A stretch of DNA of 53,269 bases from a bacterium (GTDB lineage Bacteria > Zhuqueibacterota > Zhuqueibacteria > Oceanimicrobiales > Oceanimicrobiaceae). Positions 8,466 to 18,081 of this stretch are shown here, one piece after another. The DNA lies in the NCBI GenBank assembly GCA_037446635.1, contig JBBIIG010000007.1, forward strand, positions 14,395 to 67,663, in the 5' to 3' direction. The position numbers were made by a program, and so were the translations under genes. The notes under the pieces were generated by a model. The model was not told where the DNA came from. It made no database searches and was given only the letters and a program-made list of their open reading frames with translations. Within the stretch, counting starts at the first letter, position 1. Every line of letters begins with the position of its first letter.

Positions 8466-11400
8466 ATGAATAAATCCCCCAAAAAAGTCATCATCCTCGG
8501 CAGCTCGGCGCTGAAGATTGGCGAGGCGGGCGAGTTCGATTACTCCGGCAGTCAGGCCATCAAAGCGCTGAAAGAGGCGGGCGTGAAAACCGTGCTGGTG
8601 AATCCCAACATCGCCACCATTCAAACCTCCGAGCATCTCGCGGATGAAGTCTATTTCCTGCCGGTCAACGCCTACTTTGTGGAACGGGTGATCGAGAAAG
8701 AACGCCCCGACGGCATCTTCCTTTCCTTCGGCGGACAGACCGCCCTCAACTGCGGCCTCGAGCTGGCGGAAAAAGGCGTCTTCGAAAAATACGGCGTGCG
8801 CGTGCTGGGCAGTCCCATTCAAGCCATTAAAGACACCGAAGACCGCGGCATCTTCGTGGAGCGCCTGCGGGAAATCGACGTGCTGACGCCCCGCAGCGTG
8901 GCGGTGAATTCCACCGAAGAGGCCGTGCGCATCGCGGCGCAAATCGGCTACCCGGTGATGATTCGCATCGCGTATGCCCTCGGCGGATTGGGCTCGGGAC
9001 TGTGCGTCAACGAGGCGGCGCTGCGCGAGCTGGCGAACAAAGCCTTTTCGCACACCAATCAAATTTTGGTGGAAGAATACTTGGAAGGGTGGAAGGAAGT
9101 GGAGTACGAGGTGGTGCGCGATATTTACGACAACTGCATCACCGTGTGCAACATGGAGAATTTCGATCCGCTGGGCATTCACACCGGCGAGAGCATCGTG
9201 GTGGCGCCCAGCCAGACCCTCAACAACAGCGAGTACCACCGGCTGCGCGAGATCGCCATTCGCGTGGTGCGGCACATCGGCATTGTCGGCGAGTGCAACA
9301 TTCAATATGCGCTCAATCCGCAGACTGGCGACTACCGCGTCATCGAAGTGAACGCGCGGCTGTCGCGCAGCTCGGCGCTGGCCTCGAAGGCGACGGGCTA
9401 CCCGCTGGCGTTCATCGCCGCGAAATTAGCGCTGGGCTTCGGCCTCACCGATTTGAAAAATTCCATCACCCAAAGCACGATGGCGTGCTTCGAGCCGGCG
9501 CTCGATTACGTGGTGGTGAAAATCCCGCGCTGGGATTTAAAAAAATTCCGCCGCGTTTCCACTCGCCTCGGCTCGGGGATGAAATCGGTGGGCGAAGTGA
9601 TGGCCATTGGCCGCTCGTTCGAAGAGGCGCTGCAAAAAGCGCTGCGCATGTTGGACATCGGCGTGATTGGACTCATCGGCAACGAGCAGCTGAAGTTTGA
9701 TGACGTGCGCGAGGAGCTGCGGCATCCGACGGACGAGCGCGTGTTTGCGATTGCGCAGGCGATTGCGTCGGGCATGACGGTGGAGGAAGTTCAGAAGCTC
9801 ACCAACATCGACAAATGGTTTCTGTTCAAAATCAAAAATATTTTGGAAGTGGAGAAGTCGCTGGGCCAGTACGCCAACGGAATTTGTCCGCGCGGGATTT
9901 TGGTGGAAGCGAAAAAGGCCGGCTTTTCAGATTTTCAAATCGCGAAAGTTTTGCGGACGACGGAAGACGACGTGCGGGCGATGCGCAAAAATTACGGACT
10001 GCATCCGTGCGTCAAACAGATCGACACGCTGGCGGCGGAGTACCCGGCGCAGACCAATTATTTGTATCTCACTTATCACGGCGAAGCGGATGACGTTGAA
10101 TACGAGCAGACGAGTTCGGTGATTGTTTTGGGATCGGGCGTGTATCGCATCGGCAGCTCGGTGGAGTTCGATTGGTGCTGCGTCAACGCGGTGATGACGC
10201 TGCGCAAGCTGGGCTACCCGACGGTGCTGATCAACTACAATCCCGAAACCGTCAGCACCGATTACGACGAATGCGACCGGCTCTATTTTGACGAGCTGAG
10301 CTTCGAGACCATTTACGAGATTTATCAAAAAGAAAATCCCGCGGGGATGATCATCGCCATGGGGGGGCAGATTGCCAACAATCTCGCGCTGCGATTTCAC
10401 GAGGCGGGATTGAATGTGATCGGCACGTCGCCGGCGGATATCGATCGCGCGGAGAATCGCCACAAATTTTCGTCGCTGTTAGATGAGCTGCAGATCGATC
10501 AGCCGGAGTGGGAAGAGCTGGTTGCCCTCGAGGAAGCCAAAGCATTTGCAGAGAAAGTGAAATACCCGGTGTTAGTGCGGCCGTCGTACGTGCTCAGCGG
10601 CGCGGCCATGGGCGTGGCCTCCACTGACGCGGAACTGACGCGCTTTTTGGAACGGGCGGCGATCATCTCGCGCGAGCATCCGGTGGTGATCAGCAAATTT
10701 TTGGAAAATGCGAAGGAGATCGAATTCGATGGCGTGGCCAAAGACGGGGAGGTGATCATCGACGCGATTTCCGAGCACGTGGAGAACGCCGGCGTGCACT
10801 CTGGCGATGCCACACTGGTGCTGCCGCCGCAGCGCACGTACATCGAGACCATTCGGCAGATTCGCAGCAGTGCGCGTAAGATTGCCAAAGCATTGCAAAT
10901 AACGGGGCCGTTCAACATTCAGTTTATCGCCAAAAACAACGCGGTGAAAGTAATAGAATGCAATTTGCGCGCGTCGCGGAGCTTCCCGTTTGTGTCGAAG
11001 GTGTACAAAACCAATTTCATCGACATTGCGACGCGGGCAATGATGGGCGAGAAAGTTGAACGCAGCGACAAGTCATTTATGGAATTGGAATATGTCGGCG
11101 TGAAAGCGCCGCAATTTTCGTTCACGCGACTCGATGGCGCCGATCCGACGCTGGGAGTAGAGATGGCGTCCACGGGCGAAGTCGGCTGCCTCGGCGATGA
11201 TTTCGACGAAGCGTTTTTGAAAGCGCTGATTTCAGTGGGCTACAAACTGCCGATTCGCTCAATTCTAATTTCCACCGGACCGCTGGAGGATAAAGCGGAT
11301 TTCATTTCCAGCGCCCGCATTTTGCAGGATTTGGGGATAAAGATTTACGCCACCCGCGGCACCGCGCATTTTATGAAACAGTACGGCATCGAGACCGAGA

Positions 11401-11666
11401 TTCTCAACTGGCCGTTGGAGAAGAAAAGTCCAAACGTGGTTGAGTTTGTCAGCGGACGAAAAATCGATTTGGTGATTAATATTCCCAAAAACTATCAAGA
11501 AGAGGAATTAACGAACGATTATATAATTCGGAGGAAAGCGGTCGATTTTGGCGTGCCGCTGATTACGAATTTGCAGTTGGCGCGGCGGTTTGTGGAGGCG
11601 ATTAGCAACCGCAGTGCCGAGAATTTGAGTATTCGGAGTTGGAGAGAGTACGTGGATAATGGATGA
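8466..11666 (+). CDS. carB: Carbamoyl-phosphate synthase large subunit
   Basis: GEAGEFDYSGSQA, NPNIATIQT, two ATP-grasp halves (HTGESIVVAP, EVNARLSRSSALASKATGYP; RPSYVLSG, HSGDA), C-terminal MGS domain. Confidence 0.97.
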   Translation: MNKSPKKVIILGSSALKIGEAGEFDYSGSQAIKALKEAGVKTVLVNPNIATIQTSEHLADEVYFLPVNAYFVERVIEKERPDGIFLSFGGQTALNCGLELAEKGVFEKYGVRVLGSPIQAIKDTEDRGIFVERLREIDVLTPRSVAVNSTEEAVRIAAQIGYPVMIRIAYALGGLGSGLCVNEAALRELANKAFSHTNQILVEEYLEGWKEVEYEVVRDIYDNCITVCNMENFDPLGIHTGESIVVAPSQTLNNSEYHRLREIAIRVVRHIGIVGECNIQYALNPQTGDYRVIEVNARLSRSSALASKATGYPLAFIAAKLALGFGLTDLKNSITQSTMACFEPALDYVVVKIPRWDLKKFRRVSTRLGSGMKSVGEVMAIGRSFEEALQKALRMLDIGVIGLIGNEQLKFDDVREELRHPTDERVFAIAQAIASGMTVEEVQKLTNIDKWFLFKIKNILEVEKSLGQYANGICPRGILVEAKKAGFSDFQIAKVLRTTEDDVRAMRKNYGLHPCVKQIDTLAAEYPAQTNYLYLTYHGEADDVEYEQTSSVIVLGSGVYRIGSSVEFDWCCVNAVMTLRKLGYPTVLINYNPETVSTDYDECDRLYFDELSFETIYEIYQKENPAGMIIAMGGQIANNLALRFHEAGLNVIGTSPADIDRAENRHKFSSLLDELQIDQPEWEELVALEEAKAFAEKVKYPVLVRPSYVLSGAAMGVASTDAELTRFLERAAIISREHPVVISKFLENAKEIEFDGVAKDGEVIIDAISEHVENAGVHSGDATLVLPPQRTYIETIRQIRSSARKIAKALQITGPFNIQFIAKNNAVKVIECNLRASRSFPFVSKVYKTNFIDIATRAMMGEKVERSDKSFMELEYVGVKAPQFSFTRLDGADPTLGVEMASTGEVGCLGDDFDEAFLKALISVGYKLPIRSILISTGPLEDKADFISSARILQDLGIKIYATRGTAHFMKQYGIETEILNWPLEKKSPNVVEFVSGRKIDLVINIPKNYQEEELTNDYIIRRKAVDFGVPLITNLQLARRFVEAISNRSAENLSIRSWREYVDNG

Positions 11667-11691
11667 TCGATGATCGATGATTGATGATTGA
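11655..11691 (+). repeat. Heptamer tandem repeat (GATGATY-type) overlapping the carB stop
   Basis: gataatg gatgatc gatgatc gatgatt gatgatt ga. Confidence 0.75.
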
Positions 11692-11696
11692 GAGAC

Positions 11697-12157
11697 GTTC
11701 CTCCCCCATTTTTGCTTTTTAAAATGGGGGAGGTCAGGAGGGGGTATGCACAAGCGCACAACACCAAATATTTTCAGACGTGCTAAAGAGTTGCATCGTA
11801 ACATGACACCAGCCGAAGCAAGACTCTGGGCGCGGTTACGGTCGCACCGTATGAAGGGTGTTCATTTTCGAAACCAGCATGCAATTGGTAAGTATGTTGT
11901 TGATTTTTGTGCACCACGCAGGAAAATCGTTATTGAGTTGGACGGCGGTCAGCATCTGGAACAAGACGAATACGATGCTGAGCGCACGTTGTTTTTGGAA
12001 TCCAAAGGCTATCGTGTTTTGCGTTTTTGGAATAACGACGTGATGAACAATATCGATGGTGTTTTGGGTACTATAGAGCAGGCCTTGGGTGCTGACGATA
12101 GATGACCCCCTCCTGGCCTCCCCCAAATTTTAAAGAGCGAAAATTTGGGGGAGGAGA
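11697..12157 (+). mobile_element. Hairpin-flanked DUF559 endonuclease element
   Basis: Terminal hairpins CCTCCCCCATTTT..AAAATGGGGGAGG and CCTCCCCCAAATTTT..AAAATTTGGGGGAGG; inner 11-bp inverted repeat CAGGAGGGGGT/ACCCCCTCCTG abutting the ATG and TGA; empty copy at 5653-5754. Confidence 0.75.
11746..12105 (+). CDS. DUF559 (Vsr-like, PD-(D/E)xK) endonuclease domain protein
   Basis: RAKEL.RNMTPAEARLW.RLR, FRNQHAIGKYVVDF, IELDGGQH, YDAERT.FLES.GYRVLRFWN. Confidence 0.92.
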   Translation: MHKRTTPNIFRRAKELHRNMTPAEARLWARLRSHRMKGVHFRNQHAIGKYVVDFCAPRRKIVIELDGGQHLEQDEYDAERTLFLESKGYRVLRFWNNDVMNNIDGVLGTIEQALGADDR

Positions 12158-12184
12158 CGGCTCCGAACTGAAATTTGACATGAA

Positions 12185-13933
12185 ATGAAAAATACCTCAA
12201 CCCAAAAAACAGATTCAAATCTCACCGGCGCGGCTTCCACCCCGCCGGGCATCAAAAAATATTTGCCGCGAAATACATTCACTTTGAAAATCAAGCCGGC
12301 ACCTGCGCTGATAATTTTGATGGCCGCCGGGTTCGCGCTGCGGTTATTTTTTCTGCGTTACCGATTTGCCGTGGCGTATGATGAAGTCAACTACGCCAAG
12401 TTAGGCGTGAGCGGATATTTGAACGGGCTGGCGGATATTCTGCACACGTACTGGTCGCCGCTGCTGCCGGCATTCATCACGTTCTTCTGTAACTTTTTTA
12501 GCGATTACGAATTAGCGGGACGAATGGTGTCGGTTTTGGCGGGCATGCTGTTGGTGGTTCCGGTTTACTTTCTGGGAAAGACTGTTTACGATCAAACCGT
12601 CGGCATCGTCGCGGCGGCGTTCGTGGCGATTTTCCCGCCGCTGGCGTTTCAGTCGACGCTGATTTTGACCGAAGCCCTGAGCATGTTGTTCGGCGGGCTG
12701 GCAGTGCTGTTCGGTTTGTTGATGCTGAAGCGCTACTCGATTGGCTTTGCTTGGCTCGCCGGCCTGTCTGCTGGTTTGGCGTATCTCAGTCACCCGCAGG
12801 GATTGGGATTCATAATTTTGTTGGCCGCGTGGATTCCATTTGCCGCGATCACCAAGTTGTTTCTCATTCGTCCCTTGCGAATGGGCTACATGCTGATGGT
12901 TCTACTAATCGGATTTCTCGGCGTTGCTTCTCCCTATTTGATTTATTTGAAGAACACCACCGGCACGTGGACGTTCAGCGCGAAGGGCGCGGCGAATCAG
13001 CAGATGTCCACGCCGCTGAAAGGGGAGGGCAGTTCGTTTCGCGATCTCGATCCGACGAACACCAGCGTGCCCATCGATCAGGTTTTTCATCAGGGCACTT
13101 TTTTGCAGGCCACCGACGGCGGAAAAAAGCCGGTGCGTTCGGTGCAATTGGCAACGTTCGTCGTTAAGTACATCAAAAATGTTGCGGACATGCTGCAAAC
13201 CGCGATTCCTTCCACCTTGACAACTATTCCAATGTTGCTGTTTGCGATCGGATTACTGGGAACAACCTGGCAGCCGCAGCAGGGCAAAATGGTGCTGTAT
13301 CTTTTAAGCTTCGTCGTGTTTTTCTGGCTGGTTTTGATTCCAAGTTTTCATATTCATTTGCGTTACCTCACTCCGCTGTGGCCTATTTGCGCTCTGTGGA
13401 TTGCCAAAGGCGCGGAGACGATTTACGGCTGGCTCAGCAAGTACCAGCCGCTTTTGAAATTCTCGGCACTGCGAAATCTTCATCCCAATTTACTGGCCAT
13501 GGTGTTTTTGTTGGTTGCCTTCTTCGGTCTGTCTTTTCTGCCGGAATTTGGCCGGGTGATTTCCCGCAAAGCCGATTCGTCGGATTATTACGCCGATGCC
13601 GTCGAACAGAAGAAAGCCGGACGGTGGCTGAAGGAACACGCCAAAGAAACGCCGGTCATCATGAGCCGCAACCACGTGGTGGATTTCTACGCCGGCAACT
13701 ACGACATCACTCAGTCCGTCACCATTCCCACCAACAGTTTTGCGCGCGTGCTGGCCTACGCAAAACATCGCGGCGTCAAGTATTTAGTACTCAACGAGCG
13801 CTACCTGCGAGATTATCCGCAACTTGCGTTTTTGTTGGAGAATACCGATAAAGCAGGCGAGTATCAATTAAATTTGATTTATCAAGACACCGATTTAGCC
13901 GGTTTGAAAACCGTGATCTACGAATTGCAATGA
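12185..13933 (+). CDS. Polytopic GT-C glycosyltransferase (ArnT/PMT-like)
   Basis: RLFF...YDEVNY first-loop acidic motif, many TM helices, LILTEAL, RYLTP; C-terminal soluble domain. Confidence 0.75.
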   Translation: MKNTSTQKTDSNLTGAASTPPGIKKYLPRNTFTLKIKPAPALIILMAAGFALRLFFLRYRFAVAYDEVNYAKLGVSGYLNGLADILHTYWSPLLPAFITFFCNFFSDYELAGRMVSVLAGMLLVVPVYFLGKTVYDQTVGIVAAAFVAIFPPLAFQSTLILTEALSMLFGGLAVLFGLLMLKRYSIGFAWLAGLSAGLAYLSHPQGLGFIILLAAWIPFAAITKLFLIRPLRMGYMLMVLLIGFLGVASPYLIYLKNTTGTWTFSAKGAANQQMSTPLKGEGSSFRDLDPTNTSVPIDQVFHQGTFLQATDGGKKPVRSVQLATFVVKYIKNVADMLQTAIPSTLTTIPMLLFAIGLLGTTWQPQQGKMVLYLLSFVVFFWLVLIPSFHIHLRYLTPLWPICALWIAKGAETIYGWLSKYQPLLKFSALRNLHPNLLAMVFLLVAFFGLSFLPEFGRVISRKADSSDYYADAVEQKKAGRWLKEHAKETPVIMSRNHVVDFYAGNYDITQSVTIPTNSFARVLAYAKHRGVKYLVLNERYLRDYPQLAFLLENTDKAGEYQLNLIYQDTDLAGLKTVIYELQ

Positions 13934-13952
13934 ATGGTTGAGGAGCTGATAG

Positions 13953-15326
13953 TTGCAAACCCGCATTGAAAAATACGTGATGGCGGCGGTGCTGTTTACC
14001 CTGCCGTTTGGGACCGGATTCGCGTACACACCCATTTTGAAAGTGGATTTGGTATTGATGTGCGATGGATTCCTGGCGCTGCTTTACGTTCTGTGGTTGT
14101 ACCGCACAAACTTGCTCACCAGCGTTCGCTTGCGCGCCGGCGCGCTGTTCAAACCCGCGATGCTCATTTTGTTGTGGTCGCTGCTCTCATTGACTTCGGC
14201 GATTGCCATGACGGCGACCGGATTCGGGATCTTCTTCACCGTCAAGGCCTACCTGCTTTATTTTTACCTCGTCAACAACATCAAAACCAAATCGCAGCTG
14301 CTCTTTGCGGTGAACGCGTTGGTCTCTTCATTACTGTTTCAGGGAATTGTTGGCATGGGACAATTCATAACCGGCGGGGATTTGGGTTTGGGTTTTCTTG
14401 GCAGCCAGTACAAAGCAGGCAGGGAACTGTCCCGAATGCGAGGAACCCTGGGATATCCCAATCAGTTTGGCGCGTTTCTGATTTTGCTTTTGCCGCTCGC
14501 CATCAGTTTGGCTGTTTTTGTGAGACGCTCAGCGTATAAGTGGCTGCTGATTGTGATCTCGGCACTGGGTTTGGGGACGTTGTTTCTGACCTTTTCGCGG
14601 TCGTCATGGTTTGGGTTCCTGATTGCGACTGCGTTCTTTCTGTTTCTGCTATTCCGCCGGGGTTTGTTAAAGCCAAAATTTATTGGGGGGTTCGCCGCCT
14701 TAGCTGTGGCCGTGACGTTGATTGCGATTTTAAATTGGGACAAAATTCTCTTGCGCTTCGAGACCGGCTCCGAGGCGAAGTGGCGCATCCTGATGATCGA
14801 AATCGCGTTTCCGATCATCGCCGATTATCCCGTGTTTGGCGTTGGGCTCAACAATTATCAGTGGCATTCATTCGATGACTTTCGATTCTGGCATCCGGTG
14901 CACAATGAGTTTCTGCGAATGACAGCCGAGTTGGGGATTCCCGGCGGCCTCTTTTTCATTTGGATGTTCGGGTGTGTCTTGCGCGAGTGCTATCGCAATA
15001 TTCGCATTAAAGACGCCACCATTAATGCGGTGGCCATTGGCATCTATTGCGGCATCATCGCGTTCATGGTTGCCATCAATTTCGGACCGGAGTACCAACA
15101 CTATCGCATTCAAATGACGTTTTGGGCGTTGTGCGGATTGGCATTTTCATTTCAACAAATCCGCGCTCTGGAGTTGAAAGCGAAAAATCAGACACCAATG
15201 CGCCCCGGGGTGCCACATCACCCCAGCGGGGTGTCGCCGGTAAATGGCCGGGTGGCACAAACTCCATCTTTAGCTTCCCCGGGAAATGGAATAGCAGCTA
15301 ACCATTCGCGCGTGGGCCGCTCATGA
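13953..15326 (+). CDS. O-antigen ligase/polymerase (Wzy_C/WaaL-like)
   Basis: RMRGTLGYPNQFG, TFSRSSW, PVFGVGLNNY, PVHNEFLRMTAELGIPG; TTG start after GAGGAG. Confidence 0.88.
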   Translation: MQTRIEKYVMAAVLFTLPFGTGFAYTPILKVDLVLMCDGFLALLYVLWLYRTNLLTSVRLRAGALFKPAMLILLWSLLSLTSAIAMTATGFGIFFTVKAYLLYFYLVNNIKTKSQLLFAVNALVSSLLFQGIVGMGQFITGGDLGLGFLGSQYKAGRELSRMRGTLGYPNQFGAFLILLLPLAISLAVFVRRSAYKWLLIVISALGLGTLFLTFSRSSWFGFLIATAFFLFLLFRRGLLKPKFIGGFAALAVAVTLIAILNWDKILLRFETGSEAKWRILMIEIAFPIIADYPVFGVGLNNYQWHSFDDFRFWHPVHNEFLRMTAELGIPGGLFFIWMFGCVLRECYRNIRIKDATINAVAIGIYCGIIAFMVAINFGPEYQHYRIQMTFWALCGLAFSFQQIRALELKAKNQTPMRPGVPHHPSGVSPVNGRVAQTPSLASPGNGIAANHSRVGRS

Positions 15327-16579
15327 AGATTTTGATGATTGACAAATATTATTTTGTCAAAGGCGGCGCCGAGCGCTACATGTTCGAGTTGTCCAAAGTG
15401 CTGGAGGCCTATGGCCACGACGTCATCCCCTTTTCGATGAAGCATCCGCTCAATTTTCCAACGCCGTATTCAGAGTACTTTGTCGAGAATATCGAATACA
15501 ACGGGGTTTCAACGCTCTCGAAAGTAACCACAGCTGTCAAGGCCACGGCGCGGATGATTTATTACATCGAAGCGCGCAAGCGGCTGGAACGTTTGATTGA
15601 AGATCACTCGCCCGATTTGGCTCATTTGCACATGATTGATCACCAGCTCTCGCCTTCGATTTTGCATTCCCTCAAAAAGTTTGGAATACCGGTAATTCAA
15701 ACCGTGCACCAATATAAACTGGTATGTCCCAATTACAAACTCTACAATCCGCGTACCGGCGCAATTTGCGAAAAATGTCTGTCGGGAAATTTGTGGCATC
15801 CGGTAATCGAGCGCTGTCACAAAGATTCGGTGACCGCCAGCTTTATGATTGCATTAGAAAGTACATTGCACCGTATGATTCACATTTATGAAAACCATGT
15901 CGATATTTTTCATGTGCCGAGCCATTTCATGGGCAAGAAGTATTGCGAAGCCGGCGTGGCGCCGGGGAAAATCCGGCATCTGTTTTATGCGATCGAATTG
16001 CAGAAATTTGCGCCCAGTTTTGCGACCGGCGATTATCTTTTGTACTTTGGCCGGCTGTCCCAAGAAAAAGGAATTCTGACGCTGCTGAAAGCCGCAAAAA
16101 ATTATCCCACGGCGCCTTTGTATATTGTGGGCGATGGGCCGCAGGAAACTGAGTTGAAAGAATATGTCCGGCAAAATCATCTCACGCAAGTCAAATTCTG
16201 GGGCGTCAAAACTGGGGCGGAGTTGGAGGCGCTGGTGAGAAATTCTCGAGCCGTGATTGTTCCGTCGGAGTGGTTCGACAATTCGCCGCTGGTGATTTAT
16301 GAATCGTTCGCTTACGGCCGACCCGTCATTGGCGCGCAGATGGGCGGCATTACGGAACTGATAGATGACGGCGACACCGGCTACCTGTTCGAGGCCGGCA
16401 ATGTTGAACAATTGGTTGCGAAGATGCGCCGTCTGTGGGAGGAACCACAGCGCGCCCTGCAATTCGGAAAAAACGCCCGCGCCAAAGCCGAACGTGAATT
16501 TGATCCCACTGTCCACTACAATCGAATCTACGACTGGTACTGCGAGTTGACTCGTCACCAACCTGTGCTGGCTAACTAA
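15323..16579 (+). CDS. Glycosyltransferase family 4
   Basis: KGGAERY, FGRLSQEKG, PSEWFDNSPLVIYES, GGITELI. Confidence 0.9.
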   Translation: MKILMIDKYYFVKGGAERYMFELSKVLEAYGHDVIPFSMKHPLNFPTPYSEYFVENIEYNGVSTLSKVTTAVKATARMIYYIEARKRLERLIEDHSPDLAHLHMIDHQLSPSILHSLKKFGIPVIQTVHQYKLVCPNYKLYNPRTGAICEKCLSGNLWHPVIERCHKDSVTASFMIALESTLHRMIHIYENHVDIFHVPSHFMGKKYCEAGVAPGKIRHLFYAIELQKFAPSFATGDYLLYFGRLSQEKGILTLLKAAKNYPTAPLYIVGDGPQETELKEYVRQNHLTQVKFWGVKTGAELEALVRNSRAVIVPSEWFDNSPLVIYESFAYGRPVIGAQMGGITELIDDGDTGYLFEAGNVEQLVAKMRRLWEEPQRALQFGKNARAKAEREFDPTVHYNRIYDWYCELTRHQPVLAN

Positions 16580-16585
16580 TCTTTA

Positions 16586-18028
16586 ATGAGTTCAAGAACC
16601 TTAATTTCCAACTCGGCGTTGATTCTCACCGCTGAGATATTCGAGCGCGTTATGCGCCTCGTGCTGGTGATTTTTTCGGCGCGATTGCTCGGCGACGAAG
16701 CTTACGGCAAGTTTACGTTTGCTTTGGCGTTCACCAGCTTGTTTCTGATCCTCGCAGACGGCGGCATCCACCAATTGATCGTGCGGGAGTTGGCGCGCTT
16801 ACCCGAAAAGGGTAAAGAGTACGTTGCCAACGGATTGTTCATCAAACTTTTCGCGTCGGCTTTTACTATTGGGTTGATTTACGTTTGCGCCATTTTTACC
16901 GGCAAACCCTCCGATGTTTTGACTTCGGTGGTGATCGTTGGCATCGCGCAAGTGCTGGGCACGTTTGCGGATTTTTTCAATTCGGTTTTTCGCGCCTTCC
17001 AAAAAATGGCCTACGAGGTTTACTCGACGCTGATATTCGGAACGCTGGTGGCCGGAATCGGCATCGCCATTCTTTTCGCCGGGCATGATTTCATCGTGCT
17101 ATCTTACGTTTATCTTTTTGCTCACATCGCGCGGGTGCTCTACTGCTACTTTGTCGTTCACTTCAAGTTTGTAAGAGTTACATTGCGGGTCAACCTCTCA
17201 ACTCTCAAGTTTTTGCTTCGCGAAGGATTCCCATTCGGGCTGTTGTACTTTTTTTCACTCATGTATACCTATGTCGATTCCACGCTGTTGTCGTTTATGA
17301 AAGGCGATCAAGCGGTTGGCTGGTATAACGCCGCCTATCGTCTCGTCTTCGCGATGCTGTTCATTCCGGTCGCAACCATGAAAGCGGTGTTCCCGGCGTT
17401 GTCGATTTATTTCAAGCAATCGCCGGAAGCCTTCAAAGCGCTTTTCGAGCGCAGTTTCAAAGTGATGTTTTTGATTGGATTTTCACTGGCGTCGGTAATT
17501 TTCGTTTTGGCCGATAAAATCGTGCTGACGATTTTCGGTGTCGAATATGCCCCGGCCGCTGGTGCGCTGAAGATTCTCGTCTGGTCAACGGCGATCATTT
17601 TTATCGGCACCGTGCAAACGCACACCACCCGCGCATCCGATCGCCAACGCTTCACGGCAAAGGTGGTGACCACCAGCGCGGTCGTCAACTTGTTGCTCAA
17701 TTTTTGGCTGATTCCGAAATACAGCCTCTATGGCGCGGCTATTGCAACGCTGGGGGCGGAATTATTTACGTTTTTGTTTCACAGCGGGTACCTGGCCAGG
17801 AATCTGGTTGCGCCGCCGTTTTTCAAACTGGTTCCCAAAATTGCGCTGATTAATTTGGTGACGGCAGCATATATTTATATAATTTATGACTTTAATCTGC
17901 TCATCACCGTCCCTTCGGCTCTGCTGATTAATTTCATAATGCTGCTGATCACGCGCTATTTTTCAAAGGAAGAGCTGCAGTTTATCCGCGGCTTGTTCAA
18001 ATCGCGCCAGAAAATTGCCATAACCTAA
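16586..18028 (+). CDS. wzx: Wzx-type flippase
   Basis: ARLLGDEAYGKF, DSTLLSFMKGDQAVGWYNAAYRL, LIPKYSLYGAAIAT; multi-TM. Confidence 0.88.
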   Translation: MSSRTLISNSALILTAEIFERVMRLVLVIFSARLLGDEAYGKFTFALAFTSLFLILADGGIHQLIVRELARLPEKGKEYVANGLFIKLFASAFTIGLIYVCAIFTGKPSDVLTSVVIVGIAQVLGTFADFFNSVFRAFQKMAYEVYSTLIFGTLVAGIGIAILFAGHDFIVLSYVYLFAHIARVLYCYFVVHFKFVRVTLRVNLSTLKFLLREGFPFGLLYFFSLMYTYVDSTLLSFMKGDQAVGWYNAAYRLVFAMLFIPVATMKAVFPALSIYFKQSPEAFKALFERSFKVMFLIGFSLASVIFVLADKIVLTIFGVEYAPAAGALKILVWSTAIIFIGTVQTHTTRASDRQRFTAKVVTTSAVVNLLLNFWLIPKYSLYGAAIATLGAELFTFLFHSGYLARNLVAPPFFKLVPKIALINLVTAAYIYIIYDFNLLITVPSALLINFIMLLITRYFSKEELQFIRGLFKSRQKIAIT

Positions 18029-18081
18029 ATGTAATTGCTTAACACAATGCACTAAATTGAAACAGTTGGTAAGAATATTTT

